A stretch of 64,000 nt of DNA, from positions 1-64,000 of the IMG/VR virus record IMGVR_UViG_3300042402_003740. The stretch is one strand, 5' to 3'. Source of the DNA: a virus. Below, piece after piece: positions 45,905 to 55,142 of the stretch. Position numbers and translations under genes: made by a program. Under the pieces are notes generated by a model. It saw nothing but the letters and a program-made list of their open reading frames with translations, was not told the origin of the DNA and searched no databases. Positions within the stretch are counted from its first letter, which is position 1. Every line of letters begins with the position of its first letter.

Positions 45905-48198
45905 CTTTTCAACCGTTTTTCCACTATAGATGAAGCGAGTTTTGAGACTTGTTCATTCGTACTACTCTTCTTTCTCCACCCTCCACCTAGCCGTTTGTAC
46001 AGTTTGGAAGCCCATGCGTTGGAATATGCTGATGGGTGGACATCAAAGCCCTTGCCATCGTTTGGACCTGTGATGGTTTCTCCACCGTGTTCCATAGAGG
46101 ATATGCGTCCCGCCACAAGGTCTTGCACTTTGCCCCATAACTCTGGATTTGTTGGCTCGTTTTCTGATGCCTCTCCGAGGATATCGTTAACACTCTTGTC
46201 CGAACGCCACATCTGGCAAGACCAGTATCGTGCCTTCCACTTTGGACCAACATCATCATCACAAGAGTGACGAGAACGGAAAGCCTTTAGACGGTCGGGA
46301 TCATCACGCTTGATGCTCATGTTAGGATCACCAAACCGAACTTTAACAATATTTCCATTGTCGTTCTTTGTATATACAGCAAACTTCTTCTTTTCTCCTG
46401 GTGTACGGAAAGGCTTGTTTAGTGGCTTGCCCTCACCGTCCTCTTCAGTTATTGTCAATCCTGTTTTATTGTCACGAAGAGCACGCTTTATCATGTCTTG
46501 TACAGTTTTGATATCAGCAGAGAACTCCGCAACAATTCCTCGTTGCTTGTTGTGTTCTTTTTTGTCTCCTGCTTTCTTTGCTTCGTAGGCTAACTTTTCG
46601 TGTTTCTTGATGAGGTCTATAAGGTCTTTGATTGCTTGTTTCATTTCATCAACGGAAACCTCTTTGCCCTCTTGAACCTTGTTAACACCTGTGGATACAC
46701 GAACTGGCTCTGCTCCACCACCTGGTTTTCCTTCTCCTTTTTTGCCCATTCCTGCCTCCCTTTGTGCAGAACGCTTGCGACGAACAAACGATGCTATGCC
46801 TTCTTTGCCTAATTTTTGTGCTTTTTCGGGAGATAGGCAAGCGGCATATGCTTCCCCTTCATCCGCATCTCCGCATTTTCCTATTCTTTCACCCTTGCTG
46901 TTGTAACGATCCCAACCTGGTGTACCATCGGCACTCTGTCGGAACCATTTACCTAGACCAGAGTCACGATAGGTTTCTTCAATCTCTTTTCCTCTGCAAT
47001 GAGCACGCTGCGAGAAGCCTTTTGGATTTTCACAATCAATAGAATCCTTGTACTTCTGTGACCACTTTTCATTCAGAACCTTGTCAACAATGGTCTTGAC
47101 AGTTTCCACGACCGCAGGATTTTTAGGAGTTTTCTTTGTGGGTTTCTGCTGTGGTTTCTTCTCTACAGGTTTTCTGTCAGGATTTCTTCTTCTTGGTTGT
47201 TCTTGTGTTCCTATACCAGAGAATACCTTTGCGTCTTGTTCGCTCTTAAAATATCTTACGCCTTTGACATTACCCACAGATCCAGATTGGTTCTTTGCAC
47301 CAAATCCTGTTTTTGTTTGCCAAACATCGCCTGGTTTTGCTTGCATTGCAACCGTTGCCATTCCCTTTTTCTCTTTGTCTGTTGGAGTAGGCGCAGCCGC
47401 TCCTGTTGCATCTGTTGCTTTTTTGGTTTTAGTCGCCCCTGTTACACCTGTGGTTGGTGCAGCGGCTCCGGTACCACCTGAAGGCGATGTAGCCGCCCCT
47501 GTAACACCAGTTGTACCAGAGGTGGATTTGTCGGTTGTAGGAGCGACAGGCTTGCCTTTACCTTTTTTAGCACCGCTAGATTCCTGTTCTGCTGCGGCCT
47601 TTGCCCGGTCACGCATTCCTACCCAACCTTTGTCGTTTGCTTCAAGCCATGTTCTGCTCTCTTTTTGAGCGGTATCAACTCTCGCAAGGCGACGATCAAG
47701 TGCTTCGATTCTGTCGTAGTCTGGCATGGACGATGATTCTGCTTCTGCTTTTCTTGCTTGAAGTCTTTGTCTTGATTGTTCCAAGAACATTGCATGGGCA
47801 CGCTGATCGTATTTGTTTTCCGATGGCTTGAACTTTGCAGCATAGTCGGACTCTATGGACTCAAGTTTGCTCATGTTTTCGACGGCAATTTTGCGACGCT
47901 CTTTTTGCATATTAAAGCGTGCTTCCAGTTCTGTTGTGTCTCCCCCTGCTTGCTTTGTCAATTCTATGTCAGAACGAAGAGTCTCCATTTCTGAACGAAT
48001 CTCTTTTTCATTCGATGCAGCGATCTCATGTGCCATTGAGAATCTTTCACGGGCAGCACTAGGGCAATTCTTGTCCAATTGAACACCTGTGACTCTACCA
48101 GAGGCATCGCCAACAATCTTTTCTACGATAGGCGTTCTTAATAGTCTGCCTACTAGAAACTCTATTTCCTCTATGAGTTCAAGAATTTGTGGTTTCAC
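45901..48198 (-). CDS. Modular head-associated polyprotein of small T4-like domains
   Basis: Modules after IVE/LNE/IEE/VQE/ITEE/ASE: 'WSQKYKDSIDC..PKGFSQRAHC', 'GLGKWF', 'LNKPFRTPG..KKFAVY...FGDPNM...RH.C...ARYWSC', 'PTNPELW...PSAYSNAW'. Confidence 0.7.
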   Translation of the reverse strand: MKPQILELIEEIEFLVGRLLRTPIVEKIVGDASGRVTGVQLDKNCPSAARERFSMAHEIAASNEKEIRSEMETLRSDIELTKQAGGDTTELEARFNMQKERRKIAVENMSKLESIESDYAAKFKPSENKYDQRAHAMFLEQSRQRLQARKAEAESSSMPDYDRIEALDRRLARVDTAQKESRTWLEANDKGWVGMRDRAKAAAEQESSGAKKGKGKPVAPTTDKSTSGTTGVTGAATSPSGGTGAAAPTTGVTGATKTKKATDATGAAAPTPTDKEKKGMATVAMQAKPGDVWQTKTGFGAKNQSGSVGNVKGVRYFKSEQDAKVFSGIGTQEQPRRRNPDRKPVEKKPQQKPTKKTPKNPAVVETVKTIVDKVLNEKWSQKYKDSIDCENPKGFSQRAHCRGKEIEETYRDSGLGKWFRQSADGTPGWDRYNSKGERIGKCGDADEGEAYAACLSPEKAQKLGKEGIASFVRRKRSAQREAGMGKKGEGKPGGGAEPVRVSTGVNKVQEGKEVSVDEMKQAIKDLIDLIKKHEKLAYEAKKAGDKKEHNKQRGIVAEFSADIKTVQDMIKRALRDNKTGLTITEEDGEGKPLNKPFRTPGEKKKFAVYTKNDNGNIVKVRFGDPNMSIKRDDPDRLKAFRSRHSCDDDVGPKWKARYWSCQMWRSDKSVNDILGEASENEPTNPELWGKVQDLVAGRISSMEHGGETITGPNDGKGFDVHPSAYSNAWASKLYKRLGGGWRKKSSTNEQVSKLASSIVEKRLKR

Positions 48199-48449
48199 TG
48201 TCTTCCTTTCAAGTAGTTATGCACAGAGGAAAGATAATCTGCTGCCTTGGTGATCTTGGACTGTACCCATGCCTCAAGTTCCATATCTGAAGAGAGCATA
48301 TCCGATATAATACTGGCATGGTCAGAGATGTTCTTTAGTTCTCCCTTTGCCATATCTACTTCATCTCCAGGTGCATCACCTGTGGTGCTTGGATTTTCAG
48401 TCAGTATTTTGATAATTTGCTCTTGCAGCCGCTTGTTCTCATCTTGCAT
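48195..48449 (-). CDS. Small conserved T4-like helical module protein
   Basis: MAKGEL...LEAWVQSKITKAADYL; CTAAATA box at 48471-48477. Confidence 0.7.
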   Translation of the reverse strand: MQDENKRLQEQIIKILTENPSTTGDAPGDEVDMAKGELKNISDHASIISDMLSSDMELEAWVQSKITKAADYLSSVHNYLKGRQ

Positions 48450-48524
48450 AGGAAGCCCTCCGTGTATGTTTATTTAGGCTTTTTGCTAGTGAGGCGAGTT
48501 CTGTAATGTATTGGTGAAATGTTT

Positions 48525-49202
48525 TCATACTGCTACTTGATCCATTAACCATTGCGTGATGATTCTATCATCGCCGCCAAATTCATCTTTATTGCAAAAT
48601 ATAGTCTTTAGCATTTTAACTGGCTTATAGGAGATTATCTCTCTTTGATATGAAAATTGCCCTGCGAGTCTTGGTATGTTTGTATATTTGTCTGGATTCA
48701 TAAAGAATGAGTTCCGAGAGCGTTCAAGGTCAGCAATAGCAAGAATATGATAAGACTCTTTGTTTCTGCGATACATCTTACCACCAAAATCTTCCACAAG
48801 TTTGGGAAGAGCAGCGAGGTCTACAGTCCATGAAGAAACTACATTCCTTATGTTCGTATATGTGCCTCCACGGACTATTCCCCTATTTCCGCTAACAGAT
48901 ATATTAAAGTTGCTCTTCATTATGTCCACAGGTAAATCAGACATCAAGCGATATGCATATTTGTATGATTTTGGCACACGAAGAATATCAGCGTGTTTTC
49001 CTGCTTTTTGTGCTGCAATTAATTTTGGTAGTTCTTTAACCAAAGCAGCATCTCGCCCTCCAAAGTAGTGCTTTTGGAAAGCCTCCCAAGCATCTTCTTC
49101 ATCCTTTGTGTTTTTCTCTGGTGGTTGTACAACATCTGTTCGCTCTGGAGCGAACAGCACATTTCCATAGTCTTCTTTCAACCATCGTTTAAGAGATTTC
49201 AT
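48525..49202 (-). CDS. Putative ADP-ribosyltransferase (R-S-E clade, QxE) with a capsid-targeting-like leader
   Basis: MKSLKRWLKE; YAYR, VSSWT, YQREII. Confidence 0.6.
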   Translation of the reverse strand: MKSLKRWLKEDYGNVLFAPERTDVVQPPEKNTKDEEDAWEAFQKHYFGGRDAALVKELPKLIAAQKAGKHADILRVPKSYKYAYRLMSDLPVDIMKSNFNISVSGNRGIVRGGTYTNIRNVVSSWTVDLAALPKLVEDFGGKMYRRNKESYHILAIADLERSRNSFFMNPDKYTNIPRLAGQFSYQREIISYKPVKMLKTIFCNKDEFGGDDRIITQWLMDQVAV

Positions 49203-50232
49203 CTTTTTCCTTATTTTCGTGCATTAGGTTCGCATATTTTCCCTGATCTGCGATCCAGTCTTCAATGTCACCCATCTGCTGTCCTGCATCTTTCAGTTTT
49301 TTCTTCAACTTTTTCTTTGTCTTTGCTATTATTCTAGAAACAGCAGATGCTCCACTTCCAACAAGTTTCTTTACACCCTTGACCAAAGCCGTACTCTCTT
49401 CCATAGAGTTTTGTCCATTTAGTGCTTTGGATAGACCATTAACAGCAGACTCATAATTATCAAGAGAAATAGAAGACTTTGCTCCTGCAAGTTTTAGTCT
49501 CCCCTGTACACGATATCCAACAGAACGATAGGGCTTACCGCCAGATCCTGCTGGTCCTGGACGCATCTCTATGTCGATGTCTCCCTCAAGCATGGGAACC
49601 CCAAGACCCAACACATCATTGCCTGTATGGAAGAGTCCCATTCCTCCAATTTGAATGTAATCCACATTCTTCTTCTGATAGTGTTGACGAATCCATTGTG
49701 CATTGTATCGTATCTTCTTGTTTGTTGGAATAATAAGTCCCGCTTTCTTGGCGGCTTCCCAATCCTTGTTCTTTACCTTTAGTGGGAAGCCCAATCCTTC
49801 TTCAGTATCGTAAAAAGGATCGCCAAGAGAAGAGAAGTGGTCCAGGAGTTTGTCAAGATACTTTACAACAGGGATAAGAGCATTAGAGAACATCTTCACA
49901 TCTTCTTCTTTGATTTTGGTAAAATCAAAACGGTCTACAAGACGATCAGGGAATGACCCAACGAACCCGTCTGCATCTCGTTCATAGTTAATAGATGTAC
50001 CGCCCATCTGTGCGTTTCCGTCCATCTTGATCTCCATGTTAATGGTTTGACCATTGATGGTAAAAGAAGCATCTCCGGATCCAGCAGATGAAAATGCTCC
50101 ACCAGCACTCTCTATTCTCTTGAAATTAGGATACTCTTTGGCGAGTCTGTCCATGACAGCCTCTACCTTTTTCTCATAATTCACTCCACCCATTCCTACA
50201 GTTTCTGTGATATATTCTTTGAAAAGTTTCAT
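49189..50232 (-). CDS. PD-(D/E)xK-like protein with a capsid-targeting leader (paralog A)
   Basis: MKLFKEYITE; YE...GD...EIK; CTACATA box upstream. Confidence 0.6.
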   Translation of the reverse strand: MKLFKEYITETVGMGGVNYEKKVEAVMDRLAKEYPNFKRIESAGGAFSSAGSGDASFTINGQTINMEIKMDGNAQMGGTSINYERDADGFVGSFPDRLVDRFDFTKIKEEDVKMFSNALIPVVKYLDKLLDHFSSLGDPFYDTEEGLGFPLKVKNKDWEAAKKAGLIIPTNKKIRYNAQWIRQHYQKKNVDYIQIGGMGLFHTGNDVLGLGVPMLEGDIDIEMRPGPAGSGGKPYRSVGYRVQGRLKLAGAKSSISLDNYESAVNGLSKALNGQNSMEESTALVKGVKKLVGSGASAVSRIIAKTKKKLKKKLKDAGQQMGDIEDWIADQGKYANLMHENKEKDEIS

Positions 50233-50368
50233 CTGTTGCTCCTGAATTGATGTTTATTCAGGAGTATGTAGGCTTGGGCTATTCTATAAAAGGAGGAGAT
50301 TGCATACCATACCTCCCTGTATGTGTTTTCTAAATCCTATAATATCTAGGATTATTTGGATTTAGAGA

Positions 50369-51160
50369 TCATTTTATAAGATGAGAGAGTGTTTTCACCG
50401 CTGATTCGTAGTCATCAAGAGTGTGTTCCATTTGCACCATGCTGAACTGTATTCTTCCTTGTACTCTTAATCCAACACCACGAACCAAACCATATCTTGA
50501 AGGCTTTGATCCAGAAGCACCTGCTCTGATTTCAACACGAATATTTCCATTCAAAAGAGGAACAGGAAGATGTAGTGGATTTTTACCAGTATGAAACAAT
50601 CCACATCCTCCTATCTGAATATAGTCTACACCTTTTGAAAGATAGTGGTTTCTTATAAAACTAGCGTTTTCTTCAATAAAAGCATTTATTGGTTTTATTA
50701 GACCTCTAGAAGTAGCAATGCTCCATGCCTCTTTTCCCACTACCATTGGAAACCCTTCTATGTTCTGATGGACCTCAAATGGATAAGATGCTTTTAGTTC
50801 TCCAATTAGTTTTTCTATTGCGTCTGATTTTGAATTCAAGACTGCACGATATATGTCTATCATTTCTGGTTCTATTCCCTCTGACTTTAGGAAAGAAAAT
50901 CTTTCTTCCTTGGGAAGGGAAGAACGATATCTCACAGAGGTTCCTCCCATCTGTGCCTTTTTGTTCATTTTTATTTCAATATAATATTTCTGCCCATTTA
51001 TTTTTAGAGTGAGATCTCCTGATCCTGCACTAGAAAAACCTCCACCCACATCCTCTAGAACAGAAAGTTTTGGAAAGTTTTCTGACACCTTTTCACATAC
51101 GGATCTAACATCTTTTTCATACGCTAAAGATTTTTGTGTTTGTTTTGTTTTCTCTTCCAT
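50369..51160 (-). CDS. PD-(D/E)xK-like protein (paralog B)
   Basis: YEK...FSSAGSGD...EIKM...AQMGGTS...VDYIQIGG.GLFHTG shared with paralog A. Confidence 0.6.
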   Translation of the reverse strand: MEEKTKQTQKSLAYEKDVRSVCEKVSENFPKLSVLEDVGGGFSSAGSGDLTLKINGQKYYIEIKMNKKAQMGGTSVRYRSSLPKEERFSFLKSEGIEPEMIDIYRAVLNSKSDAIEKLIGELKASYPFEVHQNIEGFPMVVGKEAWSIATSRGLIKPINAFIEENASFIRNHYLSKGVDYIQIGGCGLFHTGKNPLHLPVPLLNGNIRVEIRAGASGSKPSRYGLVRGVGLRVQGRIQFSMVQMEHTLDDYESAVKTLSHLIK

Positions 51161-51166
51161 TTTGTT

Positions 51167-52792
51167 TCATCCATTTGGATTTCCAAGCATTTGCTTTAGG
51201 TGTTTCTTTCCACCTATTGCCCGAACATATTGTCCGTTGCCTTTCCACTCTATTTCTTTTCCACGAAGTACTCTACGAACAATAGACTCATCGTCTACGA
51301 CTGGCGCACCACGGGATATAAGTATGTCGAGTATTTTTCCGCTTGCTTCGCCATAACTCCCCTGTGTCTTGAGAATGTCTACGGCTTTCTTCAGCACCTG
51401 TCGCTTGGCTTCGGCTCCACCATCGGAACCAATTGTTGTCATCTTCTTGCCGAAAAGTGTGGTCTTTGAGAGTATAGCCGCATCCACATCATCGGGTTCG
51501 TCTGTGTCTATGACATCGGTGATATTGTTGTCCGCAGGAACAGAGTCGGCATTGGGAAAATCAGGATGACCACCGACAGGAGCATAGGCGGCATTGACGA
51601 TATCAAAGATGTCTCGCTGAACATCAGTGTTCTTACGAACCTCTGCGGTTGCCAGAGATTTCCACTGGTCTTTATTTCGCACAACACCACGCCCTGCCTC
51701 TGCAATGAAAGTCTTGAATGAAACGATGCTCTCGCCTATGACATCATAGATGCGGTAGCCCGGATACTTGCGCTTTAGTTCTGCAAATATTCTGTCAAGT
51801 CCACTACTAGAGAATTTTGCCCCGTCTTCGCTTGTGGCACTAATGACCTTGCGCTGGTGGTCAATTCTTCCCTGCACAACAGGAGTAACAGAGCGTTCAA
51901 TCTTCAGCAACTCTGGAAAGACATCCTCATGGGTATCACGAACAGGGTCTTTTGGACTGCGTATTGTTACACGGGTCATGCCTTTTGATGGCTTTATTTC
52001 TGATGAAGCAATCCACAGTTCAGGAATCTTGCCCCCTGTTGATACTCCCCATACCTTTTGACGGATACGCTCCATCTCCTGCTCTTGGTCTTTTTCATAT
52101 GGTGAAACGGAGTGTCCGTAGTCAAGATATGCACCCGCAGTATCAACCATGTCTCCAACAATATCAGGGTGCATTTTCAATACATCACGCACCACTTGTT
52201 CTGTTTCCCGTTTTGTCTTCTTTACTGTATCCCTAGTGGATTTCTTGCGGGCTTCGCTCTCACGACTCCATCCAAGCGCATCGGTAATAATATCCTTGTG
52301 ATCGAATGCAAGGCGTGGAAGACGCTTCACAGAAATCCACTTTGCATCAACAGCATCATCCTGTCCACGCACACGCTGACCCATCTCTGCGGGAAGAGTG
52401 ATGGTGTATGCATACGAGATTGACCATGCTGTTTTCGTATCACGGGGATCTCGACCGCCTCCCTTGTATATTCCAACCGAACGCAATTTCGAGCGCATCT
52501 CTGCTGGAATCTTCAACCCTGTCTCTTCCTCTAGTTCACGGAGTGCAGCATCGGCAATGGATTCTGTCTGTCCTGCCTTCCACTCTCCTCCTGCCTTTGC
52601 GGTGGTGTTTACGAATCCACCTGGTATTGCCCACTTTCCGCCTTCGGTCTTGCCAGGTTTACGCTTGATGAGCAGTACCTCAAGTCCTCCATCTTTTGCA
52701 GGACGGAATACCACAAGATCTACCGTTGGATTTGCTCCTGTATAGCGGTAGCCCTCTTTGGCTTCGGTGATGAAGTGTCTAAAGTCTATCAT
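51167..52792 (-). CDS. Nudix hydrolase (ADP-ribose pyrophosphatase-like) fused to further modules
   Basis: Start MIDFRHFITE (ATGA-coupled); TVDLVV, WAIPGGF...AALRELEEETGL, RDPR, DDA, LAFDH; the C-terminal module is paralogous to 52789-53346. Confidence 0.85.
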   Translation of the reverse strand: MIDFRHFITEAKEGYRYTGANPTVDLVVFRPAKDGGLEVLLIKRKPGKTEGGKWAIPGGFVNTTAKAGGEWKAGQTESIADAALRELEEETGLKIPAEMRSKLRSVGIYKGGGRDPRDTKTAWSISYAYTITLPAEMGQRVRGQDDAVDAKWISVKRLPRLAFDHKDIITDALGWSRESEARKKSTRDTVKKTKRETEQVVRDVLKMHPDIVGDMVDTAGAYLDYGHSVSPYEKDQEQEMERIRQKVWGVSTGGKIPELWIASSEIKPSKGMTRVTIRSPKDPVRDTHEDVFPELLKIERSVTPVVQGRIDHQRKVISATSEDGAKFSSSGLDRIFAELKRKYPGYRIYDVIGESIVSFKTFIAEAGRGVVRNKDQWKSLATAEVRKNTDVQRDIFDIVNAAYAPVGGHPDFPNADSVPADNNITDVIDTDEPDDVDAAILSKTTLFGKKMTTIGSDGGAEAKRQVLKKAVDILKTQGSYGEASGKILDILISRGAPVVDDESIVRRVLRGKEIEWKGNGQYVRAIGGKKHLKQMLGNPNG

Positions 52793-53346
52793 AGTGGGTT
52801 TCCTACCATCATCTTTGTCATCCGTTTTCCACCAGAGAAGGTTCGGGTATACCAGCCATCGCCTTCCCATCCATCCATCTTGCCGTGCCATTCGAACTCT
52901 ACCTTTGGGTCACTCTTGACGATCTTCTCTACACGCTTTGGATCGTTGATAGGCTTTACTCCCATGCCCATGAGTATCTGTGCGGGTCTTCCTGATATTT
53001 CGGTATAGTTCCCACGAACAGAGAGTATATCCTTTACCCGCTTCATCATCTGACGCTTCGCTTCCTGCGAACCGTCTGTTCCCATGCCGTGTATAATTCT
53101 ACCTTTACCCCTTTGCTGTGTGAGTATGACAGCATCAATGGCAGAATCATCATCGGTATCTATGACATCAACATCATCGGTTCCCACAGGATCAGAAGAG
53201 GTAAACTGCCTATGTCCCGTAGGAAACTGTGAGTATACAGACTGTAGAATCTCTCCAATCTGCTTGGCAACATCGGTGTTTCCCTTTACCTCGTTGTTCG
53301 AAAGGGTAGACCATTTTCCCTTGATGTAGCCTTTAAAACTCTTCAT
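52789..53346 (-). CDS. Hypothetical protein with a capsid-targeting-like leader; paralog of the Nudix C-terminal module
   Basis: MKSFKGYIK; DVIDTD...DA, G.DG..EAKRQ, Y.E.SG, Y.R...G...K.M.GNP. Confidence 0.7.
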   Translation of the reverse strand: MKSFKGYIKGKWSTLSNNEVKGNTDVAKQIGEILQSVYSQFPTGHRQFTSSDPVGTDDVDVIDTDDDSAIDAVILTQQRGKGRIIHGMGTDGSQEAKRQMMKRVKDILSVRGNYTEISGRPAQILMGMGVKPINDPKRVEKIVKSDPKVEFEWHGKMDGWEGDGWYTRTFSGGKRMTKMMVGNPL

Positions 53347-54749
53347 TCAATTCTTTCCATTTTTTCAGGCATATCCGAACCCAAGATGTCTTGTAGTTCA
53401 TCAAATACCTCGTTGTACTTCTTTACAAGTTCAACCCATGTTTGGTTTACATATGCCTTTGCAGGAGTTTTTGTACCGATCTTTACAACCCGTGTAACTT
53501 CTGTTTCTCTTCCAACAGAGTTTTTTGTTCCTAATTTGTTTGCAAACCATTCAGAAAAGATACAGCCATCATCTGTAGGCATGGTGTAAACAATGGGTAC
53601 ATTCATGCCCTCCATTATTTCTTTGTATGCATAATCCATTGTTCTAAGTATGGAGCGGACGATACTCTTTTTCTCGGATTTTGATGCGGCTTTGAAACCA
53701 TTTGCCTGTTTGAGAATGAACTTAAGTTCTGGTGATGGGAGTACCGATACCGATCCACCAAACAAACCTTCTTGTGTTGCGAAATTGGCTGCTACTGCTG
53801 GTTCTGCTGCCCAACTCTGTATGGCTCTGTTCGCCTTGTACTCTACAGGAACACCAACATATGTTTTTGCCTTCTTTCCACTACCGATTTCCAATAGGTC
53901 TTTGGATTTTAGCAATCTATCCAAGGGTAGGATTCTTTTTGCAACACTACCGTCAACTCCTATTCCACGCCATACCACACTAACAGTTGGTTCGAATTCG
54001 TTTGGATAGTCTTTGACACATTTCTTGATAAACTCGAAATCTGCAACCATCTTGTTGTCGGCGTGTCCATCACTGTACATTGCATCTCCACCTACCCAGT
54101 CGCTAACACTCATCTCTATTTCGTCTTCTCTTTTGGTGTTCTGTTCACGGCTTCTGTATTTTCCCTGCTCTATTCCAAATACTAGACGCTGAAACACCTT
54201 TGTGCATGGGTTTTTGTTGAATTCTTTTTCCTTCTCTCTTTTCTCTTTGATTTTACCCTTTTGGCCTTCAAGTTTCTCAATCGAAGTCTCTATGGACTTT
54301 CTCATCTTTGTATTCTCTTTTTGCCACTTGGCTAGACCTGTCTTTTTTATCTGATTGACTCTGCTTGCAGGAAAGTCCAGAAGAGATCCAGACCTGTCGT
54401 CAAATCCCAACTGGCGCACATTATCCTTAAAGTTGCCAATAAGCGGATAGACTGCTGGTTCCAATCCAATTCCTTCATCAAAGAACAGTCTCACGAGGTC
54501 TAGTCCTGACTTCATTACACCTCTAAACCACTTACGCTCTTCCTCCTTGGTCATGTCAGAGAACCAAGGAGGAAGATCTCCAATCTTTTTGGATGCCTCT
54601 TGGAGTTCTCCAATGGCTTCACGAAGAGAGCCGCTCCGCTCCCCTGGCGGTTCGCAACCGCAACGGGCAATGGCATCCCGCACGGATTCTCCCGTGTCGG
54701 TATCCACTCCACGAAGAACATCAAGAACTATGGCTCTCCATGACCGCAT
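53343..54749 (-). CDS. Putative ADP-ribosyltransferase (R-S-E clade, ExE) with an N-terminal helical domain
   Basis: VVWRG, IQSWAAEPAVAANFA, RETEV. Confidence 0.65.
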   Translation of the reverse strand: MRSWRAIVLDVLRGVDTDTGESVRDAIARCGCEPPGERSGSLREAIGELQEASKKIGDLPPWFSDMTKEEERKWFRGVMKSGLDLVRLFFDEGIGLEPAVYPLIGNFKDNVRQLGFDDRSGSLLDFPASRVNQIKKTGLAKWQKENTKMRKSIETSIEKLEGQKGKIKEKREKEKEFNKNPCTKVFQRLVFGIEQGKYRSREQNTKREDEIEMSVSDWVGGDAMYSDGHADNKMVADFEFIKKCVKDYPNEFEPTVSVVWRGIGVDGSVAKRILPLDRLLKSKDLLEIGSGKKAKTYVGVPVEYKANRAIQSWAAEPAVAANFATQEGLFGGSVSVLPSPELKFILKQANGFKAASKSEKKSIVRSILRTMDYAYKEIMEGMNVPIVYTMPTDDGCIFSEWFANKLGTKNSVGRETEVTRVVKIGTKTPAKAYVNQTWVELVKKYNEVFDELQDILGSDMPEKMERIE

Positions 54750-54752
54750 GGG

Positions 54753-55142
54753 TTATCCTCCGTAGGCTACGCCCCGCACAAAGAAGTGGTCTTCGTGACT
54801 GGTGAATCCAAAGCACTCCCGTGCATACTCTATGACAACTGCTGGATCAAACTTCTTGCAGGAGTACAGGTCGAGGGTAATGAAATGGGTGGGTTCAATC
54901 GAATGGATCTGTATGCCACTCTCTATGAGGGGAACCCATCCGCTCACTCCTGCCTTCTCGGGATACACTTCAACACCGTTTTGTGTTGGTGCATGGATAA
55001 CCACAGGCTGACTCATGCGTGTCATGCCGATTCGGTCCACCAGACGCTCAAGAAAGCGATAGGTCAACTCCATGTCATCGGCTGTGCCGGGCTTGCACCC
55101 GTACATATCAAGGTAATATGAATACCCGAAAGGTTTTTTCAT
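54753..55142 (-). CDS. speD: S-adenosylmethionine decarboxylase-family (pyruvoyl) proenzyme
   Basis: LDMYGC, GMT, GVSG..PLIES, IH..E, LDLYSCK.FD. Confidence 0.75.
   Translation of the reverse strand: MKKPFGYSYYLDMYGCKPGTADDMELTYRFLERLVDRIGMTRMSQPVVIHAPTQNGVEVYPEKAGVSGWVPLIESGIQIHSIEPTHFITLDLYSCKKFDPAVVIEYARECFGFTSHEDHFFVRGVAYGG

Noticed and set aside
22687-52792. Complete NAD+ reconstitution/salvage pathway (cytidylyltransferase-like + Nudix)
   Set aside because: No Nampt/NadV or PRPP-synthetase-like gene is in the window, the genes are not adjacent, and the HIGH-domain substrate is unknown.
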